Shown here: positions 8,342-18,139 of the stretch, piece by piece | Layout: the number at the start of each line of letters is the position of its first letter | Numbering within the stretch: the stretch's first letter is position 1 | IMG/VR virus record: IMGVR_UViG_2799112330_000002 | Span: 1 to 64,000 of that record | Source of the DNA: a virus | Taxonomy: Duplodnaviria; Heunggongvirae; Uroviricota; Caudoviricetes | Length of the DNA stretch: 64,000 nt | Direction: 5' to 3' (one strand) | Translations under genes and position numbers: made by a program | The notes under the pieces: generated by a model | The model's input: only the letters and a program-made list of their open reading frames with translations | What the model was told of the DNA's origin: nothing | Database searches by the model: none

Positions 8342-8396
8342 TTGTGTTAAAATATTTATTTTTAATTAGCTAATAAAATTATATAATTATGCATAA

Positions 8397-9320
8397 ATGA
8401 AATCATTAGTAGAATATATAAATGAATGGAAAGAAGACTTAGGTAATCAAGTCATTATGATTATGGGTACTCCTGGTTGCGGAAAGACTTATTGGATGCA
8501 ACACAGTGGTATAAAGTTCTTCAAGGGACAAGGCATAACACTTAACCCAAAAGAATTAGATATTGACCATACATTGAAGTTTTTCCAAGTAATTGACTTT
8601 CCTAATTTCTGTAATCGTGTCATTAATTTCAAGAATTCAACAATATTCAATAAGTCAAATTTCAAAGATGCTCATAACAATGACAAAGCATGGCAAATGT
8701 TTATTGATAATGAAATTGAAAGATATACACAACTTAATAAAGTAAATAAGGGATTAGCAACAAATATTCCAGACATTAATCTTGTTAAATATGAATTTGT
8801 TGCTCCATGGTTGACAAGATATGACAATGCAAAAGAAGACAGTAAAGATGATGTATTCAAGGAATTTGTAAATGCTATGTATAAAGAATATTTCAATAAA
8901 GTATTTGCATCAGATTTCTCTGTACGTGGTGAAGCAAAAAATGAATATAATCAAGATCTTATTCGTAAGATAAATGGAAAGAGTGACTTGTTCATTGCTA
9001 TTTCTGGAGCTAAGTTTAAGCATATTAAAGAGATTGCTGATCATTGTAACCGTAATAATTCTACTTGTCGTATTGTATATCTTCATGGATCACTAGAGAA
9101 AGCAATTGGACAAGATGCAAGAAGAGAAAGAAGTGGTGGTAAAGACTTTGTTGTAGACTATGCTAACAAGATTGATAAGACCTGGGAAAAACTAATGGAT
9201 CCATCAGCAGAAGAATATTATAAGAACAATAATATATATAATGTATATGAACTTGTTGATACTAAAGCTGATGATCTTTTGTCATATCCAATTTGGAAAC
9301 TAGAGAAAATATATAAATAA
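8397..9320 (+). CDS. P-loop kinase/NTPase
   Basis: Walker A GTPGCGKT; C-terminal DARRER lid-like motif. Confidence 0.65.
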   Translation: MKSLVEYINEWKEDLGNQVIMIMGTPGCGKTYWMQHSGIKFFKGQGITLNPKELDIDHTLKFFQVIDFPNFCNRVINFKNSTIFNKSNFKDAHNNDKAWQMFIDNEIERYTQLNKVNKGLATNIPDINLVKYEFVAPWLTRYDNAKEDSKDDVFKEFVNAMYKEYFNKVFASDFSVRGEAKNEYNQDLIRKINGKSDLFIAISGAKFKHIKEIADHCNRNNSTCRIVYLHGSLEKAIGQDARRERSGGKDFVVDYANKIDKTWEKLMDPSAEEYYKNNNIYNVYELVDTKADDLLSYPIWKLEKIYK

Positions 9321-9376
9321 TATTAGAATATCTTTTTATTTTTATATATAAGATAAAAAATATTTGAAAATTTTAC

Positions 9377-10540
9377 ATGAAAAGACTATTTGAATACTTA
9401 ATACATAATCAGTGGGAAGATGCTGTACTTAAAGAAGAAGCTAATTTAATTGGTGAAGAAATGATCAATGAATCATTTAAGTCTAGTATTGTTCAGAAAT
9501 TAGCTCAAACAATATATGATTATGAAAAGGAAAATAACAAACGAGAGGTAAGACAAGCAAAGGATCAAACTCAACGTTATGGATATGAACATACTCCAAA
9601 ATTGACAAATTTCACAAGTATTTTTGGTCCAAAGATGGAAGTTAGTAAATATGGAGTAAACAAGGGATTACGTGGTATTAAATGGTCTGAAATTACTGAT
9701 GATGATCTTACAGAATATAATCCAACAGACAAAGAATTGATCAAACTTCTTAAAAAGTCTTATAGAAAAGAGACAGGTAATGCAGATTTCATTATAATGA
9801 ACAAGGATGGTAAGATAACTCATTTCATTAAATGCTTTGGTGCTGATCCTAAGGAGAGTGGAGTATATTTTTTCAAAGATGAAGAGCCAACTAAATGGGG
9901 AAAAATAAATAGCAGAGTAGAAGAGATACGTCAAAAGGGTCGTTCATGGAGCGGTCGTTCATTGAATGTAAATGAAGTTGTAGATTTTCTTAGTATTTTA
10001 CCAGAAGGTTCAAAAGTCTATGCATTAGTCATTACAGATTCAATGCTTCAGGATTATAGACAAATGGGATTAGATCGTAAAGAAACACAAAAGGGTGTTA
10101 TTAATTATGACGCAGAATCTTTGAAGAATATGCTTCGTAAACAGCAATCAAGATATAAAGCATTAGTTGCAGAAATGAAAGCAAAGAAACTAATGGCTGA
10201 TCCAGAAGCATTATTTGAAGACATACAACAGATAAATGATGAGGTAATTGATCTTGTACATACTATAACACAAAAACCTGAATACATTGATAAGCGTTTT
10301 GATGTAAGTAGAATGCTTCAATATGTAGGTTATGCTTTTGAACAATATTATAATTATGTAAAATCTTTAAGATCAGCAGATAAAGAAGTTGCAGCGGCAA
10401 AGAAATATACATCTTCGGATGAAGAAGCGGAAAAATATGGGTCATATTCACGAGAGGAAGCAAGAGGTCATATTAATGATTGTAAAGAATATATTAATAA
10501 AGTGAAAGAATTTATTAAAGAGATAAAGTCCGAAATGTAG
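9377..10540 (+). CDS. hypothetical protein
   Basis: Long ORF, coiled-coil C-terminus. Confidence 0.75.
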   Translation: MKRLFEYLIHNQWEDAVLKEEANLIGEEMINESFKSSIVQKLAQTIYDYEKENNKREVRQAKDQTQRYGYEHTPKLTNFTSIFGPKMEVSKYGVNKGLRGIKWSEITDDDLTEYNPTDKELIKLLKKSYRKETGNADFIIMNKDGKITHFIKCFGADPKESGVYFFKDEEPTKWGKINSRVEEIRQKGRSWSGRSLNVNEVVDFLSILPEGSKVYALVITDSMLQDYRQMGLDRKETQKGVINYDAESLKNMLRKQQSRYKALVAEMKAKKLMADPEALFEDIQQINDEVIDLVHTITQKPEYIDKRFDVSRMLQYVGYAFEQYYNYVKSLRSADKEVAAAKKYTSSDEEAEKYGSYSREEARGHINDCKEYINKVKEFIKEIKSEM

Positions 10541-10708
10541 GATTTAATTCTTTTCATATATTATATTTAATATTTATACCGATCTCCTATTGAATAATGA
10601 TTCTTTAGGAGATTTTTTATGTTATCTATTGAATTATTTCTTTAAGTGACTATATTAAAATATATACAAATTAATATTATATATTGTTTAACGTAAAAAA
10701 ATGATTGT

Positions 10709-10954
10709 ATGACAAATGATGATGTAATTACTTTTTTAGCAGAAAATGCAAAGTGGTCATGTATTGCTATTTCCACAGAGATGAATGATTTCATTAAAAA
10801 GAACTATACTGAAGGAAATAGTGAAGGTAAGTTCTATAAAGTCTATCAGGAAGGTAACGATGCTAAGTATGGACATTATATGATTAATCCTCAAACTATG
10901 AAATGGCGTGGCTCTACATTTGATGAGTTCTACGGTGGTGGAATAGTTGATTAG
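10709..10954 (+). CDS. hypothetical protein
   Basis: ORF after promoter motif. Confidence 0.7.
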   Translation: MTNDDVITFLAENAKWSCIAISTEMNDFIKKNYTEGNSEGKFYKVYQEGNDAKYGHYMINPQTMKWRGSTFDEFYGGGIVD

Positions 10955-11177
10955 AACATATATAACGTATATGACATATATTATTTATTATATTATTATC
11001 GGAGCAATAGTTACAATATTATATTGGTTCTATTTGACAATGAGGAAGAACAAATCACATATTAGTGAGAACAATATTCTGATTTTTCTTCCAATTATGT
11101 TAGTCATTTGGCCGATTATATTAGGTTATAGTATTTTTATGTCTATTTATAATAGATTGATATTTTTTATTAAATAA
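10947..11177 (+). CDS. small membrane protein
   Basis: Two hydrophobic segments. Confidence 0.55.
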   Translation: MIRTYITYMTYIIYYIIIGAIVTILYWFYLTMRKNKSHISENNILIFLPIMLVIWPIILGYSIFMSIYNRLIFFIK

Positions 11178-11219
11178 AAGTTTCATTAATTCTTTAAAAA
11201 CATTTAAAAGTCAGAAACT

Positions 11220-12917
11220 ATGAAGATGAAAGAGAGAAATGCCCAATTGAAGTCAGCACTAGGTGCTATGGCAACAAAGGAGAGAATCCAGGAGGTAGCT
11301 TCAATTCCTCAGGAGGATTCAAAGAACAGACAGGGTTTTGCAGCTTATTCTCTTACAGATGAGTTCCGTCTTATTACTATGCTTAACACTTTGAAGGTTA
11401 AGGATCAGTTCTATAGAGATGAGGACACTATTATGAGAGAGCTTCGTGACCTTATTGAGAAGATAGGTATGAAGAACCCTTATTTCCTTGCACAGTGTAT
11501 TATATATGCTCGTTGTATGGGAGAGGGTATGCGTACTATCAATCAGTTGGCTGCAACATTAGCAGCACCATTCATTTCAGGTACACCATGGGCTAAGGCT
11601 TTCTATGGTCTATTTGACAAGAAGATGAAGCAAGGTGGAGTTATCTTCCGTGTAGATGATATGTCTGCTATCAAGGATGCTTATGTAGCCCTTAACAAGT
11701 CAGTATTGTCTAATGCTATGAAGAAGGGTTTTGCAAATGCACTTGTCAATCTTGACACTTATCAGCTTGCTAAGTACAAGGATACTGTCATTGACATTGC
11801 TAATCTTGTACACCCAAATTCAAGTCTTTCTAAGGCAACTGTAGTTGTTGATGGAAAGGAGATGAAGACACTTGATGCTTTGATGAATGGTCTTACAGTA
11901 TCAGCAGATACTTGGGAGGTTGCTCAGTCAGAGGCAGGTCAGGAGGTAGCAAAGGCTGTCAAAGAGGGTAAGCTTACAAAGGAGGAGGCAGAGGTTGTTC
12001 TTGCTGAGGCTAAGGCAGACAACTGGGAGGCACTTCTTAATGATGGACGTCTTGGTGTAATGGCAGCACTCCGTAACATCAGAAACATCATGAAGAACCC
12101 TCGTAAGGAGATGATTGACAACTGGTGCAACTTGATCAAAGATACAAAGAAGGTGCAGCAAGCACTTATCTTGCCTATCTACTTTGACCTTGCATATGAT
12201 ACAGTTGTACATGAGTTTGCAAATGTAGACTATGCTCCACAGGTACAGCAGGCTCTTCAGGATGGCTACATTGCATCTATCCCTAACCTTTCAAACTTGG
12301 TACAGGGTAAGACTTGTATCATAGTTGACTGCTCAGGAAGTATGGGTTGTGCATACAGTGATGGTAAGAATTGCAATAGTCGTTCTTGTTGGACTGCTAG
12401 AACATATACAGACAGATGTTCATACAAGGCTGGTCTTATTGCCGCTACTATTGCGAAGGCTACTGGAGCTGATGTCATCAAGTTTGGTGGAGATGCTAAC
12501 TGGTACAAGTACAACAAGAACTTAAATGTATTTGCTCTTGCTAAAGAGATTGGTACTAATGAGTATGGTTGGACAAATCCAGCTGCAGCATTTGAGTTGA
12601 TGAGAAGAGCTGGTAAGGCTTATGACCGAATCATTTTCTTGTCAGACAATGAGGCAAACAGCTTCAACAAGACATCAGATGCTTACAAGCACTATGTACA
12701 TGATGTATGTTCTCCTTATGTCTACTGTGTGGATCTTGCGGCTTATGGAACAACTCCATTGAAGTCAGACAAGATATCTTATCACTATGGATATGGTGCT
12801 CAGTTGTATGATGCAATTGCAAACAACGAGTTTAAGCCTGGAGAGCACTTTGAGAAGATCAAGAAGGTTGTAATTGATCCTAATTATATCCCAACAGAAA
12901 AAGATCTAAAGGTATAG
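11220..12917 (+). CDS. rsr: Ro60/Rsr-like TROVE-domain RNA-binding protein with vWA domain
   Basis: YQLAKYK, DIANLVHP, GVMAALRNIRNI (TROVE); IIVDCSGSM MIDAS, RIIFLSDNE, VDLAAYG (vWA). Confidence 0.9.
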   Translation: MKMKERNAQLKSALGAMATKERIQEVASIPQEDSKNRQGFAAYSLTDEFRLITMLNTLKVKDQFYRDEDTIMRELRDLIEKIGMKNPYFLAQCIIYARCMGEGMRTINQLAATLAAPFISGTPWAKAFYGLFDKKMKQGGVIFRVDDMSAIKDAYVALNKSVLSNAMKKGFANALVNLDTYQLAKYKDTVIDIANLVHPNSSLSKATVVVDGKEMKTLDALMNGLTVSADTWEVAQSEAGQEVAKAVKEGKLTKEEAEVVLAEAKADNWEALLNDGRLGVMAALRNIRNIMKNPRKEMIDNWCNLIKDTKKVQQALILPIYFDLAYDTVVHEFANVDYAPQVQQALQDGYIASIPNLSNLVQGKTCIIVDCSGSMGCAYSDGKNCNSRSCWTARTYTDRCSYKAGLIAATIAKATGADVIKFGGDANWYKYNKNLNVFALAKEIGTNEYGWTNPAAAFELMRRAGKAYDRIIFLSDNEANSFNKTSDAYKHYVHDVCSPYVYCVDLAAYGTTPLKSDKISYHYGYGAQLYDAIANNEFKPGEHFEKIKKVVIDPNYIPTEKDLKV

Positions 12918-12919
12918 TT

Positions 12920-13138
12920 ATGGGGAAACAACAAGCAATAACAGCAGAAGGAACTATAGTGGAGGTTCTCCCAAGTTCCTTCTTCAATGTAGAACTTGAC
13001 AATGGTCATATTGTAAGATGTACTATATCAGGAAAGATGCGTATAAACAATATTCAGCTTATTCTGGGAGATAGAGTAAAAGTTGAATTAAGTCCTTATG
13101 ATATGAATAATGGAAGAATCTCCTTTAGGTTCAAATAA
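12920..13138 (+). CDS. infA: translation initiation factor IF-1
   Basis: VELDNGH..CTISGKMRINNI.LILGDRVKVELSPYD..GRI. Confidence 0.95.
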   Translation: MGKQQAITAEGTIVEVLPSSFFNVELDNGHIVRCTISGKMRINNIQLILGDRVKVELSPYDMNNGRISFRFK

Positions 13139-13161
13139 GAAAAACATATAATCTTTAGCAT

Positions 13162-13467
13162 ATGAACAAGGAAAAGAAACGATTGGTCAATGTTCAAAAT
13201 GCATTCAATTTGTTAGATGAACTGTATGTCAATGATTGCTGGGATGCTACAAATACCCGGTTTTCTTCTTCCAATCAATGCATTAATATATTGAACAATA
13301 GTATACAAAGATATTTTGAAACAGGTAAGTCATCATTATTGTTCTGGAATGAGAAGACATATATGAACATTTTTGAAGACAAAGACTTTATAGAAGAAAT
13401 AACAGAAATGATGAAAGGATATAATTACAACAAATATAAAGAGAAGATAGAAGAAGGTAGGTCTTAA
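13162..13467 (+). CDS. hypothetical protein
   Basis: ORF track. Confidence 0.65.
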   Translation: MNKEKKRLVNVQNAFNLLDELYVNDCWDATNTRFSSSNQCINILNNSIQRYFETGKSSLLFWNEKTYMNIFEDKDFIEEITEMMKGYNYNKYKEKIEEGRS

Positions 13468-13572
13468 TGATCTACCTTTTTTGTTATTTGTTATGATTTT
13501 TGTCTGTTGTGAATACGTTAACATAACTTAACTATATTATATATAATCATATATTTATTAATTAAAGTTAAG

Positions 13573-15471
13573 ATGAGCGATTTCAAAAAAGAACAAATTG
13601 AAGAGTATGTTAGAAAGTGGACAGATGAAAAAATTGGTAAAGACTTTACATTTAGAGAACATCAATTAGAGACAATAGTAGATATTATATTGAACATTCT
13701 TCTCCATAAGCATCATAACTATATAGTAGAAGCTCCAACAGGATCAGGAAAGTCATTGATAAACATTATATCAGCAGGTGTTTTAGCAGACTATTTTGAT
13801 CTTACTTCTTATATATTAGTATCTGATCTTTTTCTTTGGGAACAATATGAGAATTTTTTGAAGAAATATAAACATACCGGTATAGCTTCATTAAAGGGAC
13901 AAACTGGTAACTATACTTGTCTATTGAATCATGAAGACATGAAGAATGCTGATTGCCGAATGTCCGGATTGTCTTGGGCGTCTATGTTCAATAAGTCAAC
14001 AATAGAACAATATGGATATGATTGCGCTTACAAATGCCCATATATAAAAGCAAGAAAGAAAGCAATAAAGTCAAAAGTTTGTGTAATGACTTATCAACTA
14101 TTTCTTTTTGTAATGAACAATTCCACATTCAATACCGATATGTACGGAAATGAGATCTTCAAGCATCATGACGTCTTGTTCTGTGATGAGTGTCATAATA
14201 TCCCAGGAATTGTGCAACAACAATATGCACCAACTATTACAGAAAAAGATTTTGACAGATTGGAATGTTTATATAATGGGACAACAGAAGGTGAACTAAA
14301 ACTATTTCATTTGACAGATATTGAGGGATTTGAAGACAAACTTAAAGACAAGGGAATAAATGATGTAGCAGAACTAAGAAAGAGATTGAATAGCTTCTGG
14401 AAAGTATGGATAAATAATGAATCAAGAAAAGATGAAGACTATCCAATGATGCAAGAATATCTCACAATATTAGAAGGCTTTGCTGAACATGTAAAAGAAT
14501 ATAAGTTCAATATATCAACAAAGAAACTAAATAAAGAGGCATTGACTAAAGATGAGATAGAAATGTATAAGATATGTTCTTGGCATGAAAACTATATGTG
14601 TCATTGGCATGATTTCTTAGATGCTATCAATAATACGGGATTAGAATATCTCATAAAAGAAATAAATATATCTAATGAAGACCAACATATCTCTTGTTCA
14701 TTCAAATGCACTAAAGAAGACTATCTTGTATATAAATATCTCTTATGCAACGGAAAATATAAGGTGTTCTTAAGTGCTACAGTAGGTGGAAAGAATGCTT
14801 ATGATGAGAACATGGGGTTCCGATTTGATATTAATGAAGACAAAAGTGATGAACTTAATGAATCATCCATGTCTGTCATCCCATCAACATTCAACTTTGA
14901 AGAGTCTCCTGTATGGTTTCTCAATAAGTTCAAAATGAATTTCAAAGAAAAGGACATATCATTCAATCATCTTAAGACTATTATATATTCAATATGCACA
15001 ACAAAATTCAATAACCAAAAGGGAATGATTCAGACAGGATCTTATGCTTTTGCTAGACAACTATATGAATCGGCACCAATAGAGATAAAGAAAAGAATGC
15101 TTATATATAATGGATCACGAGAAAAGAATACAATGATACAAATTCACCAAATGAGCAAGAATACAATATTAGTAGGACCGACTCTTAACGAAGGAATTGA
15201 CTTGCCCGGTGAAGATTGTAGATTCATCATTATATTGAAAGTACCATTTCCAAGCTTAGGGAACAAAATAGTAAAAGAAAAGATCAAGCTGTTCCCATTA
15301 TGGTATAACTCAACAACATCTAATGAAATCATACAAGGAATAGGACGTGGAGTAAGATATAATGGAGATTGGTGTGTCACATATATATTAGATGCTTGCT
15401 TCTGGTCATTATATCTAAGCACAAAAGAACAATATCCTCAAGAACTGCAAGATAGAATAAAGATAATATAA
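13573..15471 (+). CDS. DinG/Rad3-like SF2 helicase
   Basis: EAPTGSGKS, DECH, LSAT, EGIDLPG, LKVPFP, QGIGRGVR; Cys cluster. Confidence 0.9.
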   Translation: MSDFKKEQIEEYVRKWTDEKIGKDFTFREHQLETIVDIILNILLHKHHNYIVEAPTGSGKSLINIISAGVLADYFDLTSYILVSDLFLWEQYENFLKKYKHTGIASLKGQTGNYTCLLNHEDMKNADCRMSGLSWASMFNKSTIEQYGYDCAYKCPYIKARKKAIKSKVCVMTYQLFLFVMNNSTFNTDMYGNEIFKHHDVLFCDECHNIPGIVQQQYAPTITEKDFDRLECLYNGTTEGELKLFHLTDIEGFEDKLKDKGINDVAELRKRLNSFWKVWINNESRKDEDYPMMQEYLTILEGFAEHVKEYKFNISTKKLNKEALTKDEIEMYKICSWHENYMCHWHDFLDAINNTGLEYLIKEINISNEDQHISCSFKCTKEDYLVYKYLLCNGKYKVFLSATVGGKNAYDENMGFRFDINEDKSDELNESSMSVIPSTFNFEESPVWFLNKFKMNFKEKDISFNHLKTIIYSICTTKFNNQKGMIQTGSYAFARQLYESAPIEIKKRMLIYNGSREKNTMIQIHQMSKNTILVGPTLNEGIDLPGEDCRFIIILKVPFPSLGNKIVKEKIKLFPLWYNSTTSNEIIQGIGRGVRYNGDWCVTYILDACFWSLYLSTKEQYPQELQDRIKII

Positions 15472-15528
15472 TTTATAAGTATTATATAGAGATTATTTTT
15501 AATTAAATAATCATATATATATAATAAG

Positions 15529-15768
15529 ATGCTAAAATGGTTGAAAGAATCTGACAGATGGAAACATTTATTAGGTGGTATTGGTATTGGTCTCTTTGCT
15601 AATTCTTTATATTGTGCAGCATATGCAGGCATTGGAATTGCAGGAGCACTTGAACTTAAAGACACTACATGGTATGGATATTGGGATTGGATTGATTTCT
15701 CTATTACATTAGTAGGTGTTGGAATAGGCTGGGGAATACATTTCTTAATTTTTTCTTTACTTTTTTAA
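15529..15768 (+). CDS. small membrane protein
   Basis: WKHLLGG...ELKD..WDWIDFSITLVG. Confidence 0.7.
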   Translation: MLKWLKESDRWKHLLGGIGIGLFANSLYCAAYAGIGIAGALELKDTTWYGYWDWIDFSITLVGVGIGWGIHFLIFSLLF

Positions 15769-15842
15769 ACTTTTTTGAAAATTATGATTATTATTAACTA
15801 TATTTAATATATATAATACAACAAATAATTAATTCAACAAAT

Positions 15843-15941
15843 ATGAGAACGAAGCAGTATACATATAATAATACATTAAAACAAGACGCGTTAATAGATA
15901 ATGTGTCCTGGATGTTCTTGTTGAATAATATTGAAAGTTAA
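15843..15941 (+). CDS. putative 32-aa leader peptide MRTKQYTYNNTLKQDALIDNVSWMFLLNNIES
   Basis: ATG after AT-rich leader; its 3' part overlaps the antiterminator arm. Confidence 0.5.
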   Translation: MRTKQYTYNNTLKQDALIDNVSWMFLLNNIES

Positions 15942-16010
15942 GATCATAAAACACACTATATATAAACAAGAAATCCAGGAGTTCAAATAAAATGAATTTC
16001 TGGATTTTTT
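15906..16010 (+). promoter_or_regulatory. terminator/antiterminator pair (attenuator-like)
   Basis: TCCTGGATGTTCTTGTT (15906-22) pairs AACAAGAAATCCAGGA (15965-80), which overlaps the 15-bp terminator 15971-16007 plus T-run. Confidence 0.6.
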
Positions 16011-16404
16011 ATTGAATTATTTCTAAACGTTACTATATTAATATATATAAAATTGATCTTTGAAATATACAGAAAATTATTTGAAAAAAGTTCACAGTAA
16101 AATTGAATTTTTGAAAATAGTTTCTATATTATACATGTAAGTTGATTAAATAAATCACTTATTAAAAATGCTCTTTGACATATTCAATTTAAAAGAATTG
16201 AGGTCATCAAAGAATTAGATCTTTGACATATTGGTACAACATATATAAAGAACTTAATGATAAGGAAGAGGATGGTGGAAAACCTCTGCTGTGATGAGCC
16301 GCCAAGCGGGCAAGCAGTATAGTTCAGTAAATATATTCTTGAATTCCTGGACATATCTGGGGTTCCTGAACAACAGAATTTCCAAATCATTTTGAAAAAT
16401 ATAT

Positions 16405-16478
16405 ACTCCAGTAACTCAGTCGGTTAGAGTGCTCGGCTTATACCCAAGTGGTCGGAGGTTCAAGTCCTTCCTGGAGTA
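16405..16478 (+). tRNA. tRNA-Ile(TAT)
   Basis: CTCGG-CTTATAC-CCAAG; canonical D and T arms. Confidence 0.8.
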
Positions 16479-16487
16479 CTATAAATT

Positions 16488-16570
16488 GCCGAAATGGGAC
16501 AGTGGTCGACTCCGCTTGACTTGTAATCATGATCCGTAAGGACGCGTCAGTTCGAATCTGACTTTCGGCT
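16488..16570 (+). tRNA. tRNA-Thr(TGT) with long variable arm
   Basis: CTTGTAA loop; V-arm TCC-GTAA-GGA. Confidence 0.8.
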
Positions 16571-16665
16571 CAAATATGAAATTGTAAATTACGAACACTT
16601 AGGATTTATTAAAAGTAGTATTTTGATTGGGTTATGCTTCCCAAGAATATAGACAAAAAGCATAT

Positions 16666-16739
16666 GGGCTTGCATGTTCCAAGGCTGGCGTTTCTCCCTT
16701 GCAAGGAGAGAGTGGAGAGTTCGATTCTCTTCGGGTCCA
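16666..16739 (+). tRNA. tRNA-Ala(TGC), atypical D-arm
   Basis: G3.U70; TCTCC-CTTGCAA-GGAGA. Confidence 0.8.
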
Positions 16740-16760
16740 CAAAATAAAAGTTCTTTAATT

Positions 16761-16833
16761 GCCTTTATAGCTCAATTGGTAGAGCAGCTGTTTTGTAAAC
16801 AGCAGGTTGTCGGATCATACCCGGCTAGAGGCT
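16761..16833 (+). tRNA. tRNA-Thr(TGT)
   Basis: GCTGT-TTTGTAA-ACAGC; T-loop ATCATAC. Confidence 0.85.
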
Positions 16834-16963
16834 CAATCAAGTCATTAGTCATAAGGTTTAAGAGGTCGCGCCTCAACGTAACGTATTCCATCCCTGAAGA
16901 AATTCAAATGTGTTTCCTAATCGTAAGTAGGTATGACAGTACGGTTATAATTCTGTCAAATTT

Positions 16964-17036
16964 GGGTCTATGGTATAGATGGCTAACACTTCTGCTTTGC
17001 ACGCAGAGATCCCGGGTTCGAGTCCCGGTAGATCCA
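16964..17036 (+). tRNA. tRNA-Ala(TGC)
   Basis: G3.U70; TCTGC-TTTGCAC-GCAGA. Confidence 0.9.
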
Positions 17037-17054
17037 CTTTAAGTTCTTTATAAA

Positions 17055-17347
17055 GCCGATGTAGCTCGAAGGTCGAGCAAGTGACTGTGCCTTTAATAGC
17101 AGCTCTTCATGGAAACATGTTAGATGAAAATTCCGCTAATTCGGTGAATTGAGTATTTCGGGTAAATACGGTGACGCCGAGCTAAATCAAGTTAATTACT
17201 TGTAAACGTGTACAGACTATAGACGGAACGCCTAAACTAAATTATATAGCATGGTGATAACATAGTCGAGACAGCAACAGAAATGGTCTTAGCGATAAGA
17301 TGCTGTAAAGTAATCATTAGGTGTGGGTTCGATTCCCTCCATCGGCG
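17055..17347 (+). tRNA. tRNA-Asn(GTT) interrupted by a group I intron
   Basis: Exons 17055-17088 and 17311-17347 join to AGTGA-CTGT|TAA-TCATT; G73. Confidence 0.85.
17089..17310 (+). mobile_element. group I intron (position 35/36), no ORF
   Basis: P1 CTGT/GCAG with U.G; CCGCTAATTCGG, CCGAGCTAAA, CAGACTATAGACGG, ACATAGTCG; terminal G. Confidence 0.85.
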
Positions 17348-17351
17348 CAAT

Positions 17352-17441
17352 AATTTAGTAGTCATAATAAGAGATACTTCGAAGACTCAACTTTTAATTG
17401 ATAATTTTCTAAATTCTCTCTTATTAAATATTCTCTAAATT
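17352..17441 (+). ncRNA. minimal Y-RNA-like element carrying only an anticodon-like hairpin (TTT)
   Basis: AATTTAG-TAGTCA-TAATAAGAGA-TACTTCGA; TCAA-CTTTTAA-TTGA; TCTCTTATTA-AATATTCT-CTAAATT. Confidence 0.75.
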
Positions 17442-17447
17442 TATTTA

Positions 17448-17519
17448 GGGCCTTTAGTTAAAAGGTTATAACGCACGACTCATAATCCTGTATTTCTGGT
17501 TCGAGTCCAGGAGGGCCCA
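17448..17519 (+). tRNA. tRNA-Ile2/Met(CAT)
   Basis: GGGCCTT acceptor and CTCATAA loop, typical of Ile2. Confidence 0.8.
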
Positions 17520-17552
17520 CCCAATGTGACTGAAGCGATAAAAATGGGGTTT

Positions 17553-17625
17553 GCGCTCTTAGCTCAGTTGGTAGAGCAACGGGCTTTTAATCCGTGAGTC
17601 TTGGGTTCGAATCCCAAAGGGCGTA
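17553..17625 (+). tRNA. tRNA-Lys(TTT)
   Basis: CTTTTAA loop; canonical D and T arms. Confidence 0.85.
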
Positions 17626-17630
17626 CAAAT

Positions 17631-17705
17631 GGGAGTATCATACTAATAGGTTTAGGTGGTTGCCCTCTCAAGGCAAAGATACGAGTTCGAATCTCGTTAC
17701 TCCTA
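17631..17705 (+). tRNA. tRNA-Glu(CTC)
   Basis: TTGCC-CTCTCAA-GGCAA. Confidence 0.85.
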
Positions 17706-17887
17706 CGAAGTTATTCATCTCGGTGGCTGGCTGACAGCAAAAGAGAGGCATTAGAATTACAGGTTTTCCGGATATAACCATGTAATACTTGTCGGAAATT
17801 TAGAATCAAGTGCGCATACAAGAACAAATTTCCCAAAGGCTTTAACCTGAAAAAATTGGGTGAGATGGTAATTGGATAACTTCTTTT

Positions 17888-17960
17888 AGGGCTATCATAT
17901 AGTGGTTGAATATGCCACCCTTACAAGGTGGTCTCCCCAGTTCGAATCTGGGTGGCCCTA
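17888..17960 (+). tRNA. tRNA-Val(TAC)
   Basis: CCACC-CTTACAA-GGTGG. Confidence 0.9.
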
Positions 17961-18062
17961 CAATTGCATGCCATGCTAAGAACTAATTGTAGATGTTTTT
18001 AAGACGGAGGTTAGCGGTAATCATTCTAATCCTGTAGAAGAAAGGTCTTGTGATTACATTTT

Positions 18063-18139
18063 GGGCTCTGGGTATGCTTTGGTGTGTACGCCTGACTGTC
18101 ACTCAGGAGAACAGGTCGGTTCGAATCCGATAGGGCCCG
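18063..18139 (+). tRNA. tRNA-Asp(GTC)
   Basis: CCTGA-CTGTCAC-TCAGG; G73. Confidence 0.85.

Noticed and set aside
16674-17042. 122-aa ORF, and likewise 18398-18586, 2650-2910, 5934-6173 and 16184-16390
   Set aside because: They run through tRNA or ncRNA genes and have no protein-like features
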